From the NCBI GenBank assembly GCA_963422395.1, contig OY729431.1, positions 192,001 through 256,000 of the forward strand: a DNA stretch of 64,000 nt, given 5' to 3'. The notes under the pieces were generated by a model. It ran no database searches and was not told where the DNA came from. It saw only the letters and a program-made list of their open reading frames with translations. Both the position numbers and the translations under genes were made by a program. Source of the stretch: Vicinamibacteria bacterium (GTDB lineage: Bacteria > Acidobacteriota > Vicinamibacteria > Marinacidobacterales > Marinacidobacteraceae). This document shows, piece by piece, positions 1 through 8,305 of this stretch (position 1 is its first letter; each line of letters starts with the position of its first letter).

Positions 1-81
1 CCGCACTTCCTTCGGGGTGAGGTCGGCGCGGCCCACCACCAGGGGCGGCGGCCCCGGTGCGGCGCTGCTGCTGCTGCTCAC
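1..81 (-). CDS. Partial phage gene (5' end only), hypothetical; possibly a tail assembly chaperone
   Basis: GTG at 81-79 overlaps the TGA of the upstream gene (GTGA). Reads MSSSSSAAPGPPPLVVGRADLTPKEVR and is open to the window edge. Confidence 0.4.
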   Translation of the reverse strand, partial: MSSSSSAAPGPPPLVVGRADLTPKEVR

Positions 82-1052
82 GCCGCCGCTGCGACCCCGG
101 CCTCGACGAAGGAGAAAGCCAGCCCGACCGCGCCGTGCTCGTCGTAACGGCAGCGCACCTCGGAGCGGTCGCGCGGGGCCATGGCGACCATCGCTTCCAT
201 CGCCGGCGCCACCGGCTCGCCGGGCTTCGGGACCGGCACCCGCGCCGGAGCGACCCGGATCCGGCGGCGGCTCGCCGCGTCCTCGACCGCGAGGTAGCAG
301 CGGTCGCCGATATAGAGGGTGTCCCCGGTGCGGAGGATGGGGTCCGGCAGGTGCTCGGCCCCCTGGATTTCGACGGAGAGGATGCCGTCGGACGGCAGCG
401 CGACCGCCTTCACCACCTCGACCTGGTGGTGTTTCGCGCTGCCGTCCATTTGCGAGGCGGCAGCGGCCCCGCCGCCGGCCAGCGTCACTTCGGTCCGGCA
501 GCGAATGAGCCGGCCGCCCCTTCCAGCGACCGTTACCGTGAGCGTCGAGCTCCCGCCGGCCTTCCAGTAGAGCCAGAGCGAGCGGTTCGCCCCCGAGCCG
601 TACACCGGATCCAACTTGAGAACCTGGTCGTTCGAGGCGGCGGCGGTGACCGAGTCTGCGTTCGCCACCTCCAAGTGCAGCCGCTTCCGGCCGTTCCTGG
701 GGAGGTGGATCGTCGCCGGGAGGCCGGTGCAGGACACTGCGAGCGGGTCGCGGCTCGCTTCATCTTCGGCGCCGAACCGGCCGAGGCTGCCGCGCACTCC
801 GGCGCCGTGCACGAGCGGGGTGACCGGGATGCGGAAGAAGACGCCGGCGTGGCGGAGCCGGGCGGCGAAGGCGAGGATGGCGGCGGCCTGGTCGCGGTTG
901 CGCCGGGGCGCGATGTTCAGCGTGCCGCCCCAGTTCCAGGCGGGGATCTGCGTCTCGACGAGGCGCCCTCCCTCGGTCTGGAGGAGGCGGGTCGTCCCGG
1001 GGAGGTCGATTTCCAGATCGCGGACGGAAACCGGAAGATCGAGGGTGGCCAC
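78..1052 (-). CDS. Distal tail (Dit-like) protein with an inserted Ig-like domain
   Basis: 324 aa. N-terminal W..GTLNIAP..ARLR and C-terminal LAFSFVEA resemble siphovirus distal tail proteins. Residues at 480-734 match the Ig-like repeats of the tail-tip gene. Confidence 0.6.
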   Translation of the reverse strand: MATLDLPVSVRDLEIDLPGTTRLLQTEGGRLVETQIPAWNWGGTLNIAPRRNRDQAAAILAFAARLRHAGVFFRIPVTPLVHGAGVRGSLGRFGAEDEASRDPLAVSCTGLPATIHLPRNGRKRLHLEVANADSVTAAASNDQVLKLDPVYGSGANRSLWLYWKAGGSSTLTVTVAGRGGRLIRCRTEVTLAGGGAAAASQMDGSAKHHQVEVVKAVALPSDGILSVEIQGAEHLPDPILRTGDTLYIGDRCYLAVEDAASRRRIRVAPARVPVPKPGEPVAPAMEAMVAMAPRDRSEVRCRYDEHGAVGLAFSFVEAGVAAAA

Positions 1053-1074
1053 GGTGCGGGAGGGGGTAAGTGTT

Positions 1075-1653
1075 TCACTCGGCGGGAGGGCCTTCGCCTC
1101 CGGGGAGGGTCCAGGCGCCTTCGTCGTCCTCGATACGGCACACCGCCCCGCGCCTTTCCAGGGTGCGGAGGCGGGAACGCGCCGCCGGCGCGGAGAGTCC
1201 GAGCGCGGCGGCGACTTCGCCGGCAGTGCGGGGCCCGGCGGCCAGCTCCGCCAGCACCGCGCGCTGGGCCGGGGTGAGCGAAACGAGCCGCGGGCCGAGG
1301 GGGGCTTCGTCGAGCGGGGGCGCTTCGGCCGGCGATGGAGCGGCTTCGGCCGGGGGCGGCGGGAAGAGCGCGGCGAGGGCTCGGCTTCGGCGCGGGAAGA
1401 AGTCGGGGACGGCGAAGAAGTCGAGGTCGCGGCTCATCAGGAGCGCGTAGGCGCGGGTGCGGTGGCCGGAGCGAGCGGCGCGGGCGGCCGGGCCGAAGAC
1501 GGCGGTGCGCTGGTTTTCCGGGGCGGCGGCGGCGATCTCGGTCAGGCGCGCTGCCGCCGGGCTCAACCGGCGCCGGCGCTTCGGCTTCGAGGGTGGAGTC
1601 GGCGAAACCTTCGGCGGAGCCGGTGCCGCCTGCTTCTCGGGAGAGCCGCCCAT
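1075..1653 (-). CDS. Winged-helix DNA-binding protein
   Basis: C-terminal LTPAQRAVLAELAAGPRTAGEVAAALGLSAPAARSRLRTLERRGAV is an ArsR/MarR-like wHTH; the N-terminal half is Pro-rich. Confidence 0.7.
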   Translation of the reverse strand: MGGSPEKQAAPAPPKVSPTPPSKPKRRRRLSPAAARLTEIAAAAPENQRTAVFGPAARAARSGHRTRAYALLMSRDLDFFAVPDFFPRRSRALAALFPPPPAEAAPSPAEAPPLDEAPLGPRLVSLTPAQRAVLAELAAGPRTAGEVAAALGLSAPAARSRLRTLERRGAVCRIEDDEGAWTLPGGEGPPAE

Positions 1654-1907
1654 CGTCGGCAGAATTTGGCCGGTCCCGGCGCGTCTCGCCGGCGCCCGGC
1701 GATTCCGGGGCGGCCCGGAGGAAATGCGCGCCTTCGGCTCGAACCCGCGAATCCTGGGGGATCGCCGGGAAAAACGAGGCCCGGAAGCGCGCGTAGAACG
1801 GCGTTTCGGGCCGCGGCCCTACCCGTGCTGCCCGGCGAATTCGGAGGCCGTTCAGGAGGCCGGTCGCATTCCGATCGCCCGGGACGGATTCCGGGATCGG
1901 AGGGTGC

Positions 1908-2600
1908 TCAGAAACCCGCGTAGTGCGGCGCGGCGGCGAAGATGCGGCGGATGTAGCGGCGGGTCTCGGTGCAGTGGCGGGCGGCGCGGAGGCAGTTCGC
2001 CTCGTCCTCGATGTGCTCGAACCAGTGCCGCCGGTCGCATTCGCCGCGGCTTCCGCAGCGGCGGGCCTCGCGGAGCATCCAGCCGTAGCCGGCGTTGTAG
2101 CTGCCGAGGGCGAGAGCGAGCGCGGCGGCAGCGTCGGCGGTGCGGGGGCGCCAGAGCGTCTCCCAGCGCTTCAGCAGCCGGCACTGCGCCGCCACTGCCC
2201 AGCGCGGATCGAGTGGGCCGCCCCAGTCGGCGAGCTCGGGATACCAGCGGCGCAGGTCGGCGGCCGTCGGGGCGGTGATCTGGGCGAGGCCGCGGGCGAG
2301 GCCGGAGTCGGCCGCCGGGTTCCCGGAGGACTCCGCCATCATCTGGGCGGCGAGGAATGCCCGCCCCGAGGCGCTGAAGCCGCAGCGCTTCCCTTCGCGC
2401 CGGATCAGCTCGCGCCAGCGGAGCGCCCGGCCCGGCGGCGGCCCTTCGAGGAGCGACGCACCGGCGGCGGGGTTCGGGGGGGCGGCGGGGGGCCGAAGGA
2501 GGGGAGCTGCCGCTGCCGCCGTGACCGCGAGGGCGAGCCCGGCGCCCAGGAGGGCGGCGAGGCCCCGCGCCTGGAGGCCCCGCGCCTGGTTGCCGCTCAG
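1908..2600 (-). CDS. Lytic transglycosylase (SLT) endolysin with N-terminal hydrophobic/signal segment
   Basis: SLT motifs LAAQMMAES, GLAQI, SYNAG and ETRRYIRRI. The frame is open upstream of ATG 2342 through GLAALLGAGLALAVTAAAA to a CTG at 2600 overlapping the upstream stop. Start uncertain. Confidence 0.8.
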   Translation of the reverse strand: MSGNQARGLQARGLAALLGAGLALAVTAAAAAPLLRPPAAPPNPAAGASLLEGPPPGRALRWRELIRREGKRCGFSASGRAFLAAQMMAESSGNPAADSGLARGLAQITAPTAADLRRWYPELADWGGPLDPRWAVAAQCRLLKRWETLWRPRTADAAAALALALGSYNAGYGWMLREARRCGSRGECDRRHWFEHIEDEANCLRAARHCTETRRYIRRIFAAAPHYAGF

Positions 2601-3109
2601 CGGAAGGTGACCCCGATCTCGATGGCGGCCCGCCGCTCGGTGACGGAACGCGCGCCCGAGACGACGACCATGGTCTCGCCCTGGTGGCGGACCTCGATGT
2701 CGCTGCCGGCGAGCGGAGGATGCGCGGCGGCGCCGGTCGCGGTCCAGGGGTCGGGGGACGGGCGCCGCCAGTCGCTCGCCGTCAGCCGGAGCATCACGAA
2801 GTCGGTGAGATGGTCGAGCAGCTCGGCATCGCCTTCGGCGGCAGCGAAGGTCAGGCCCAGGCGCACCCGCGCACCCTCCGGCTCTTCGTCCACTCCGTCG
2901 AGGGTGGCCACCGCGTAGGGGGTTCGCGCCGACTCCGGCGCCGCACCCCGGAACACTGCGGGCGGTGCGGGCGGCGGCAGCCGGCCGTTACGGCTCGCAT
3001 CGGAGTCGCCGGCGTCCGGCGCCGCCGCTTCGAGGCGTGCTTCCCGGAGCGCGTCCATGGCGAGGTAGCGGCAGGCGTCGAGCGCCCGCACCCCGATCGA
3101 GGCGATCAC
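2597..3109 (-). CDS. Tail terminator-like (DUF3168-like) protein
   Basis: GTG at 3109 overlaps the TGA of the head-closure gene. 170 aa with VFRGAAPESARTPYAVAT, like the AP..A..PY motif of tail terminators. Confidence 0.5.
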   Translation of the reverse strand: MIASIGVRALDACRYLAMDALREARLEAAAPDAGDSDASRNGRLPPPAPPAVFRGAAPESARTPYAVATLDGVDEEPEGARVRLGLTFAAAEGDAELLDHLTDFVMLRLTASDWRRPSPDPWTATGAAAHPPLAGSDIEVRHQGETMVVVSGARSVTERRAAIEIGVTFR

Positions 3110-3525
3110 CCGACGCTCACCGGATCTGTGGGCGGTGGCGCCGGTTCGGCGGGGGGCGATTCTGCGGGTTCTGCGGGGCCGGCGGCGGTGAGCGGCAGCT
3201 CGATCAGCCGGGGGCGGTTCTGGGCTCCCACCCGGCGCGGCGGCCCGCAGTCCCAGCGCCGCCCGCGCCCCAGGACCACGCTCGTCTCGTCGAGCCCGGC
3301 CAGCGGGCGCAGGGTGATCGTCGCGGTCATCCGGTCGCGCTGCCGGTCGAAGTCGTCCGCCGGCCCCCCGCGCCCGTCGCGCCATTCGCAGGGGATGCGC
3401 TGGTGGACGGTCTCGGTCCAGCGGGCCGCCCCGGAGGCGGCGTCCGGCGGAGCCGGCGAGCGGAGGATCACGGCGATGCGGGAGTTGAAGCGCTGCGCCA
3501 CCGTGCGGCGCGGGAGCTTGCCCAT
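3106..3525 (-). CDS. Head closure / head-tail adaptor (SPP1 gp16, HK97 gp7-like)
   Basis: 139 aa with RFNSRIAVI...SGAARWTETV...IPCEW...TITLRPLAGLD...V...GRRW...LIEL pattern. Confidence 0.55.
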   Translation of the reverse strand: MGKLPRRTVAQRFNSRIAVILRSPAPPDAASGAARWTETVHQRIPCEWRDGRGGPADDFDRQRDRMTATITLRPLAGLDETSVVLGRGRRWDCGPPRRVGAQNRPRLIELPLTAAGPAEPAESPPAEPAPPPTDPVSVG

Positions 3526-3547
3526 CGTTCCGTCTCGCGGCGCCGGA

Positions 3548-4045
3548 TCAGGGCGGGCCCCAGTCGAGGCTCTCGGGTTCGACCGGCTGCACCACATCGA
3601 GGGCCCGGTCGCCGCCGCCGGGGAGGATCGGACCGTAGCGCGCGCCGCTTTCGCGGGCACCCGCCGCCGGCGACTCGATCGTGGCGTCCCAGTGCCCGCC
3701 GCTCGCGGCGGCCGCGACCAGCCGCCCTTCCCAGCTCCCGACCTGGGACCAGTGGACGCCGTCCGGGGACCAGACGGCGCGCACCGCCGCGGGGTAGCCG
3801 GCTCCGGTGTTCCGGGCGATGTCGCGCATCACCGCCCCGGGCAGCCCGCCGAGGCGGATCCGCGCCGACGGCGGCGCCGAAGAACCGGCGGCGGTCGGGG
3901 TGACATCCACCTCGAGCACCAGCCCGCGGGCGGGGCGGTACACCTTCCCGGCGAACTCCAGCTCGGCGTCGCCGGCCCAGAGGTGGACGACTCCCCCCTC
4001 CGACTCCTCAGCTCCGAGCGAAACGAGGTCGGCGCTCAACGGCAT
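3548..4045 (-). CDS. Baseplate hub / minor tail protein
   Basis: 165 aa with HLWAGDAELEFAGKVY and a C-terminal GDRALD..V....LDWG typical of short siphovirus hub proteins; GAGGA RBS upstream. Confidence 0.55.
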   Translation of the reverse strand: MPLSADLVSLGAEESEGGVVHLWAGDAELEFAGKVYRPARGLVLEVDVTPTAAGSSAPPSARIRLGGLPGAVMRDIARNTGAGYPAAVRAVWSPDGVHWSQVGSWEGRLVAAAASGGHWDATIESPAAGARESGARYGPILPGGGDRALDVVQPVEPESLDWGPP

Positions 4046-4254
4046 GTCGCGGTCCTCTGCCGGCGTGGGGACGGGTCGGCGGGTGGGATTCTGTCAGTAG
4101 GGGCGGGTTCGCCGGCGCGCGCGGGTCTGCTACTTTCCGTTTCGTGGAGGACCGAAACTCGACGACGCGGCAGCTCCCGGCAGCAGGGAAGAACGCGATT
4201 CGAGCCCCGGCCTTCGGATTCGAGAGCGCCGCCGGCGGGCGGAGGGGGTGAGTC

Positions 4255-4674
4255 ATGTCGTTTCTGGCCAGCATGGGAACCGGGTATATCTCCGGCAAGG
4301 TGTGGCTGTGGGCCGCCCTCATCACCTGCATGGGCGTTGCGGCCACGCTGCCGGACTGGATGCTCTACCCCACTTTCGTCGCCCTGCCGCTCCTCTACTT
4401 GTGGTCGCTCAGAGCGTCGACGCGGGCGGCTCGGATCGTGCGAGGAGAGGGGGCCGGCGTCCTGGAGACTTTCGATGCCAAGTTGGAGGTCGCGCTCAAG
4501 GTGCCGATCTTCCTCATCGTCTTCTGGGGCGGCAGCGGTGCCATCGCGCTCTTCAAGTCGCAGATGACGGTGTATCTGTGGTGGGCCGCAATTGTGATCT
4601 TCTTCGGCATCTGGATATGGCAGAGGCTGCATTCCGAGGCGGTGGAAGAGGGATACGAAGACGAGTACGACTGA
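4255..4674 (+). CDS. Hypothetical multi-pass membrane protein (moron-like)
   Basis: 139 aa with about four hydrophobic segments and an acidic tail (EEGYEDEYD); GGAGG upstream; followed by a GC hairpin at about 4677-4700. Confidence 0.65.
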   Translation: MSFLASMGTGYISGKVWLWAALITCMGVAATLPDWMLYPTFVALPLLYLWSLRASTRAARIVRGEGAGVLETFDAKLEVALKVPIFLIVFWGGSGAIALFKSQMTVYLWWAAIVIFFGIWIWQRLHSEAVEEGYEDEYD

Positions 4675-4720
4675 TCCCTGAGCCGCCGGCCGCTCGGGGG
4701 TTTCCGGTTACGCTACGGCG

Positions 4721-4963
4721 ATGGTTTCCTCCGAATGGTTCCAGCTCGCCGCGGTCGTCACCATCGTCGGGGCGGGGCTCGCGGTGGTCCGGTCTTTCTG
4801 GCGGCTCGAGCTGGCCTTGCAGAAGCAACTGACCGAGCTCTCCACCGCGATCTCGCACCTCGCGGATGTCGTCCTGGATATCCGCAAGGAGCAGCGGCTG
4901 CTGCTCCGCGACCGCGAGCGCGATGTCGGGCGCCGGGAGGCGCTGGCCGCCACCCACAAATAG
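4721..4963 (+). CDS. Small single-TM coiled-coil protein, holin-like
   Basis: 80 aa: one N-terminal TM (WFQLAAVVTIVGAGLAVV), then a heptad-like helix and a charged C-terminus. Confidence 0.5.
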   Translation: MVSSEWFQLAAVVTIVGAGLAVVRSFWRLELALQKQLTELSTAISHLADVVLDIRKEQRLLLRDRERDVGRREALAATHK

Positions 4964-5001
4964 AGCCGGAGCGCCGGGCCGGGGAAGTCAGCCCGGCGAA
5001 G

Positions 5002-5418
5002 TCAGAGGCCGAGCCGCTCGGCCATCCGGCCCAGCGCGCGCTCGACGGCGGCTTCCCCCGAGTGCTCGACCGCCTGCTCCGCCCAGCGGTTGCCGGCGAC
5101 CGGCCCCGCCCGGTGGTGGGTGAAGCCGCGCGAGGTCCAGATTCCCTGCGGCGCCATCTTCACCGAGGCGCGCGCCACCGACGGGTCGCGGCTGCGCCCG
5201 GCCTGGACGCGCACGCTCCGGGCGAGCGGGATTTCGGCGCCGATGCTCGACTTCGCCCGCGGCCGCCGCTGCCGGGGAGCGGCGCGGCGCACCGCCCGCG
5301 CCAGCTCGACCGCCCCGGCCCGCGCCGCCGCCCGCATCACCCGCCGCCCCGCGCGCCGGTCCAGCCGCGAAAGCTCCGCCTGCAGTTCCGCCGCCCCGGA
5401 GAGTTGCGCGTCGAGCAC
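5002..5418 (-). CDS. HK97 gp10-like tail completion protein
   Basis: 3' part of ORF 5002..8259 from GTG 5418: LSGAAELQAELSRL...VMRAAARAGAVELARAVRRAAP...GFTHH...VAGNRWAEQA. Confidence 0.65.
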   Translation of the reverse strand: MLDAQLSGAAELQAELSRLDRRAGRRVMRAAARAGAVELARAVRRAAPRQRRPRAKSSIGAEIPLARSVRVQAGRSRDPSVARASVKMAPQGIWTSRGFTHHRAGPVAGNRWAEQAVEHSGEAAVERALGRMAERLGL

Positions 5419-5505
5419 CGGAGGAGGGTACCCGGGGCGGGCGGCGGGGTGTCCGGCCCGCCGGGGCGGGTGACGGGCGGCGGGTAGCGGGTACCGTTTC
5501 GGGTC

Positions 5506-7488
5506 GTGGCCGCCCCGAAGAACCGCCGCCTGGTCGTCGACCTCGTCGCCCGGACCTCGAAGTTCACCAGCGGCCTCGACCGCAGCCGGAAGTCCCTCGA
5601 CAAGTTCCAGCGGAGTTCCCGTGGGTTGAAGGGGGAGCTGGAAGGGATCGATTTCAAGGAGGTGGCGGAGGGTGTGACCGCTTTCGCCCGGGGCGCCGTG
5701 GAAGCCCTCGAAAAGGCGGCGTCTTTCGGCGACACCCTCGCCAAGCTCTCCGACCAGACCGGCTTCTCGGTCGAGCGGATCCAGGGGATGCGCCACGCCT
5801 TCGAGCTGGGCGGGCAGTCGGTCGAGCGGACCGACGAGGCGCTGAAGAAGTTCACCGTCAAGCTCGGCGAGATGAAGGCCGGGACCGGCGAAGTCGTCTC
5901 CGGCCTGGAAAAGCTGGACCCGAAGCTCCTCGATCAACTGCAGCGGGTGAAGGACGGTTCCGAAGCCTGGGATGTGCTCATCCGGCGGGTGGGCGAATAC
6001 GACACCGCTACCGAGAAGGCGGCGACGCTCAAACTGTTCGTGGGCGAGCGCCGGGCGACCGAGCTGGCGCGGGCACTCGAAGGCGGCGTCGAGGCCATCG
6101 ACGCGGCGACCGCGAAACTGCGCGGCGCCGGCATCCTCATCGACGAGAAGGCGGCGGCGCGCGCCGAGGAGCTGGCCGACAAGCTGACCGAGATGCGGAC
6201 GACCTGGCAGGCGGGCTTCTCCCAGGCGATCCTCCAGAACTCGGACCGGATCATGGAGGTTCTGAAAGACATCGAGAGGATCATGCCGGGGATCGTCAGG
6301 CAGCTGACGGCGGTGGTCGAGAAGTTCGCTGCGGTGCTCGGCCCGCTGCTCGCGGACGATTTCCGCGGCTCGCTGATGCGGATCGCGGCCTTGACCGCCG
6401 GCGGATACGGCGTCACCAAACATCCCGCCGGCGCCATCGGCGGTGCGGCCATCGGTGTCGTGGTGGAATCCGGGAGCATTCTGGATGACGTCGAGGAATG
6501 GTTCAGGGACATGTATGAGCGCGACAGGATTCACACCGAGGCTTATGTGAGGGATATGTTCGGCGGATCCGGAAGTGCAGAAGCGGCATTCGCCGAGAAA
6601 ACAGAAAAGATGGATGAACGGCTCCGGCAGTTCGCGCGGGATTTGGAGAATCGGGGCGGCCCTCTGAATTCGATCGTCGAGCCGTTGGCCGATGGAATCG
6701 CGGACGCCGCCGCGGCGAGAGTCGAAGCGGAGCTCGCCCAGGCGGAGCTCGCCCAGGCGGCCCTCGCCCCGCCTCGAATCCAGCGCCCGGCCCCGCTGCC
6801 TCTGCCGGAGATCCCGGCGCGCGTTCCGCTCACTCTGCCCGAGGAGTGGCTCCGCCCGGAGAAGCCGCCGGAGAAGAGCTGGGCGGAGCTGATGCGGCAC
6901 CCGGCGGTGGCGGCGCTCGCGAGTGTCGAGCCGCCTTCGCCGCCGCCGCCGGAGGCGCGGGAATGGCTCGCCGACCTGCTCCGGGAGCAGGAGGAGTTCC
7001 TCGCCCAGCAGGAGCGGATCCGGGAGTCGATCCGCTCCTTCGGCGACGCCTTCGACGACGCGCTCCACGACGCGATCCTCGGCACCGAGAGCCTGACGGA
7101 CGCGCTGAAGGAGCTGGGCCGCACGATCGCCTCCGACCTCCTGCGGAACTTCGTCACCGGTCCGATCTCCGACTTCCTGTCTTCGTGGATCTCGGGGAGC
7201 CTCGCCTCCCCCGTTTCCACCTTGCCGGCGGGCGGTTCCTGGAACCTCCGCCCGGTCGCGCCGAACTGGTCGCCCTCCGGGAGCAGCCTGATCGGCCGCT
7301 CTTCGGCACCGCCGGTGACCGTCGGGCCCATCAACCTGAGCGTCCAGTCCACCGACGGGCCGGGGGTCACCCGCGCGCTGCTCACCGCCGAGCCCCACTT
7401 GACGCGGGCGGCGCACGACGGGGTGCTCACCGCCATCCAGGAGCCGGGGCCGATGCGCGCGGCGGTCGCCGACGCCGCCCGCTACTGA
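5506..7488 (+). CDS. Tail tape measure protein
   Basis: 660 aa helical protein. N-terminal LVVDLVARTSKFTSGL, LAKLSDQTGFSVERIQ and C-terminal FGDAFDDAL...SLTDALKEL resemble lambda-like tape measures. Confidence 0.85.
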   Translation: MAAPKNRRLVVDLVARTSKFTSGLDRSRKSLDKFQRSSRGLKGELEGIDFKEVAEGVTAFARGAVEALEKAASFGDTLAKLSDQTGFSVERIQGMRHAFELGGQSVERTDEALKKFTVKLGEMKAGTGEVVSGLEKLDPKLLDQLQRVKDGSEAWDVLIRRVGEYDTATEKAATLKLFVGERRATELARALEGGVEAIDAATAKLRGAGILIDEKAAARAEELADKLTEMRTTWQAGFSQAILQNSDRIMEVLKDIERIMPGIVRQLTAVVEKFAAVLGPLLADDFRGSLMRIAALTAGGYGVTKHPAGAIGGAAIGVVVESGSILDDVEEWFRDMYERDRIHTEAYVRDMFGGSGSAEAAFAEKTEKMDERLRQFARDLENRGGPLNSIVEPLADGIADAAAARVEAELAQAELAQAALAPPRIQRPAPLPLPEIPARVPLTLPEEWLRPEKPPEKSWAELMRHPAVAALASVEPPSPPPPEAREWLADLLREQEEFLAQQERIRESIRSFGDAFDDALHDAILGTESLTDALKELGRTIASDLLRNFVTGPISDFLSSWISGSLASPVSTLPAGGSWNLRPVAPNWSPSGSSLIGRSSAPPVTVGPINLSVQSTDGPGVTRALLTAEPHLTRAAHDGVLTAIQEPGPMRAAVADAARY

Positions 7489-7518
7489 CAGCCTGTCTGT
7501 GGTCGACCTGCTCACGCG

Positions 7519-8190
7519 ATGATCGTCCCGAGGAACTGGCGCACGCTCGCCGACGCCTGGATCGTGGACCGCGCCACCATGGTGGACCGGCTCCGCGCCG
7601 ACGCTGCCGACCGCGCCGCCGTCGAGGCCTCGGTCGAAGCCGCCGAGACCAGCGTCGAGACGCTGTGCGGCGGCCCGCTCCGTCTCGCCGAAGTGGTGGT
7701 GCGGCTGCCGCGCGGGGAGAGCCTGACCGCCGGTCCGCTGCACCTTCGCGGCGGCCCGCTCCGGCACCTGATCCGGATCGAGGCGGAGGCGGCGTCCGCC
7801 GGCAGACCTTCCCTCACTCCGACCGCCCTCGCGTCGCTCCGTCGGGAAGGGGACCCCGAGGTGAAGCCCGCCGAAGCCGGCTACCACTGGAGCGGCCAGA
7901 CGATGATCGGCCCCGGCGGCGGCGCGGTGCGCCTCGCCTGGGTGCAGCGCTGGCGCGGGCAGGTCCCGCACTTTTCCGAACTCGATCTCTCCGGTCTCGG
8001 GGAGCCGTCGGGCTTCTCCGCCTTCACGCTCTACGCGCAGGTCGGCTGGGCCTCCGGCGAGCAGCCGGGCCCGATCCGCGAAGCGGCCATCCTGCTCGCG
8101 AGCCACGCCTACGACGGGGCGAGCGGAGAGGCCGCGACCCGCGCCGCCGAGCGGCTGTTGGAGCCGTTCACCGCGGCCTGGACCGCGTGA
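7519..8190 (+). CDS. Head-tail connector (phiE125 gp8 / HK97 gp6-like)
   Basis: 223 aa with DRLRAD...AAETSVETLCG and VGW....PGPIREAAILLASHAYD...AERLLEPF. Confidence 0.7.
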   Translation: MIVPRNWRTLADAWIVDRATMVDRLRADAADRAAVEASVEAAETSVETLCGGPLRLAEVVVRLPRGESLTAGPLHLRGGPLRHLIRIEAEAASAGRPSLTPTALASLRREGDPEVKPAEAGYHWSGQTMIGPGGGAVRLAWVQRWRGQVPHFSELDLSGLGEPSGFSAFTLYAQVGWASGEQPGPIREAAILLASHAYDGASGEAATRAAERLLEPFTAAWTA

Positions 8191-8206
8191 TGATCCGGTC
8201 GGCACT

Positions 8207-8272
8207 ACCCCCCCGGGGGGGTGAAAGGTCGGGCGCACGGCACGCGAAACCGCGCCCAACCTCCGCTTTCAC
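8207..8272. other. Palindrome plus long inverted repeat; candidate cos/packaging site
   Basis: Perfect 16-bp palindrome ACCCCCCCGGGGGGGT (8207-8222), then GTGAAAGGTCGGGCGC...GCGCCCAACC..CTTTCAC (8221-8272), in the non-coding gap upstream of terL. Confidence 0.45.
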
Positions 8273-8305
8273 GGATGTTCGCTCGAGCGGCGGCCAGCCA
8301 ATGCG

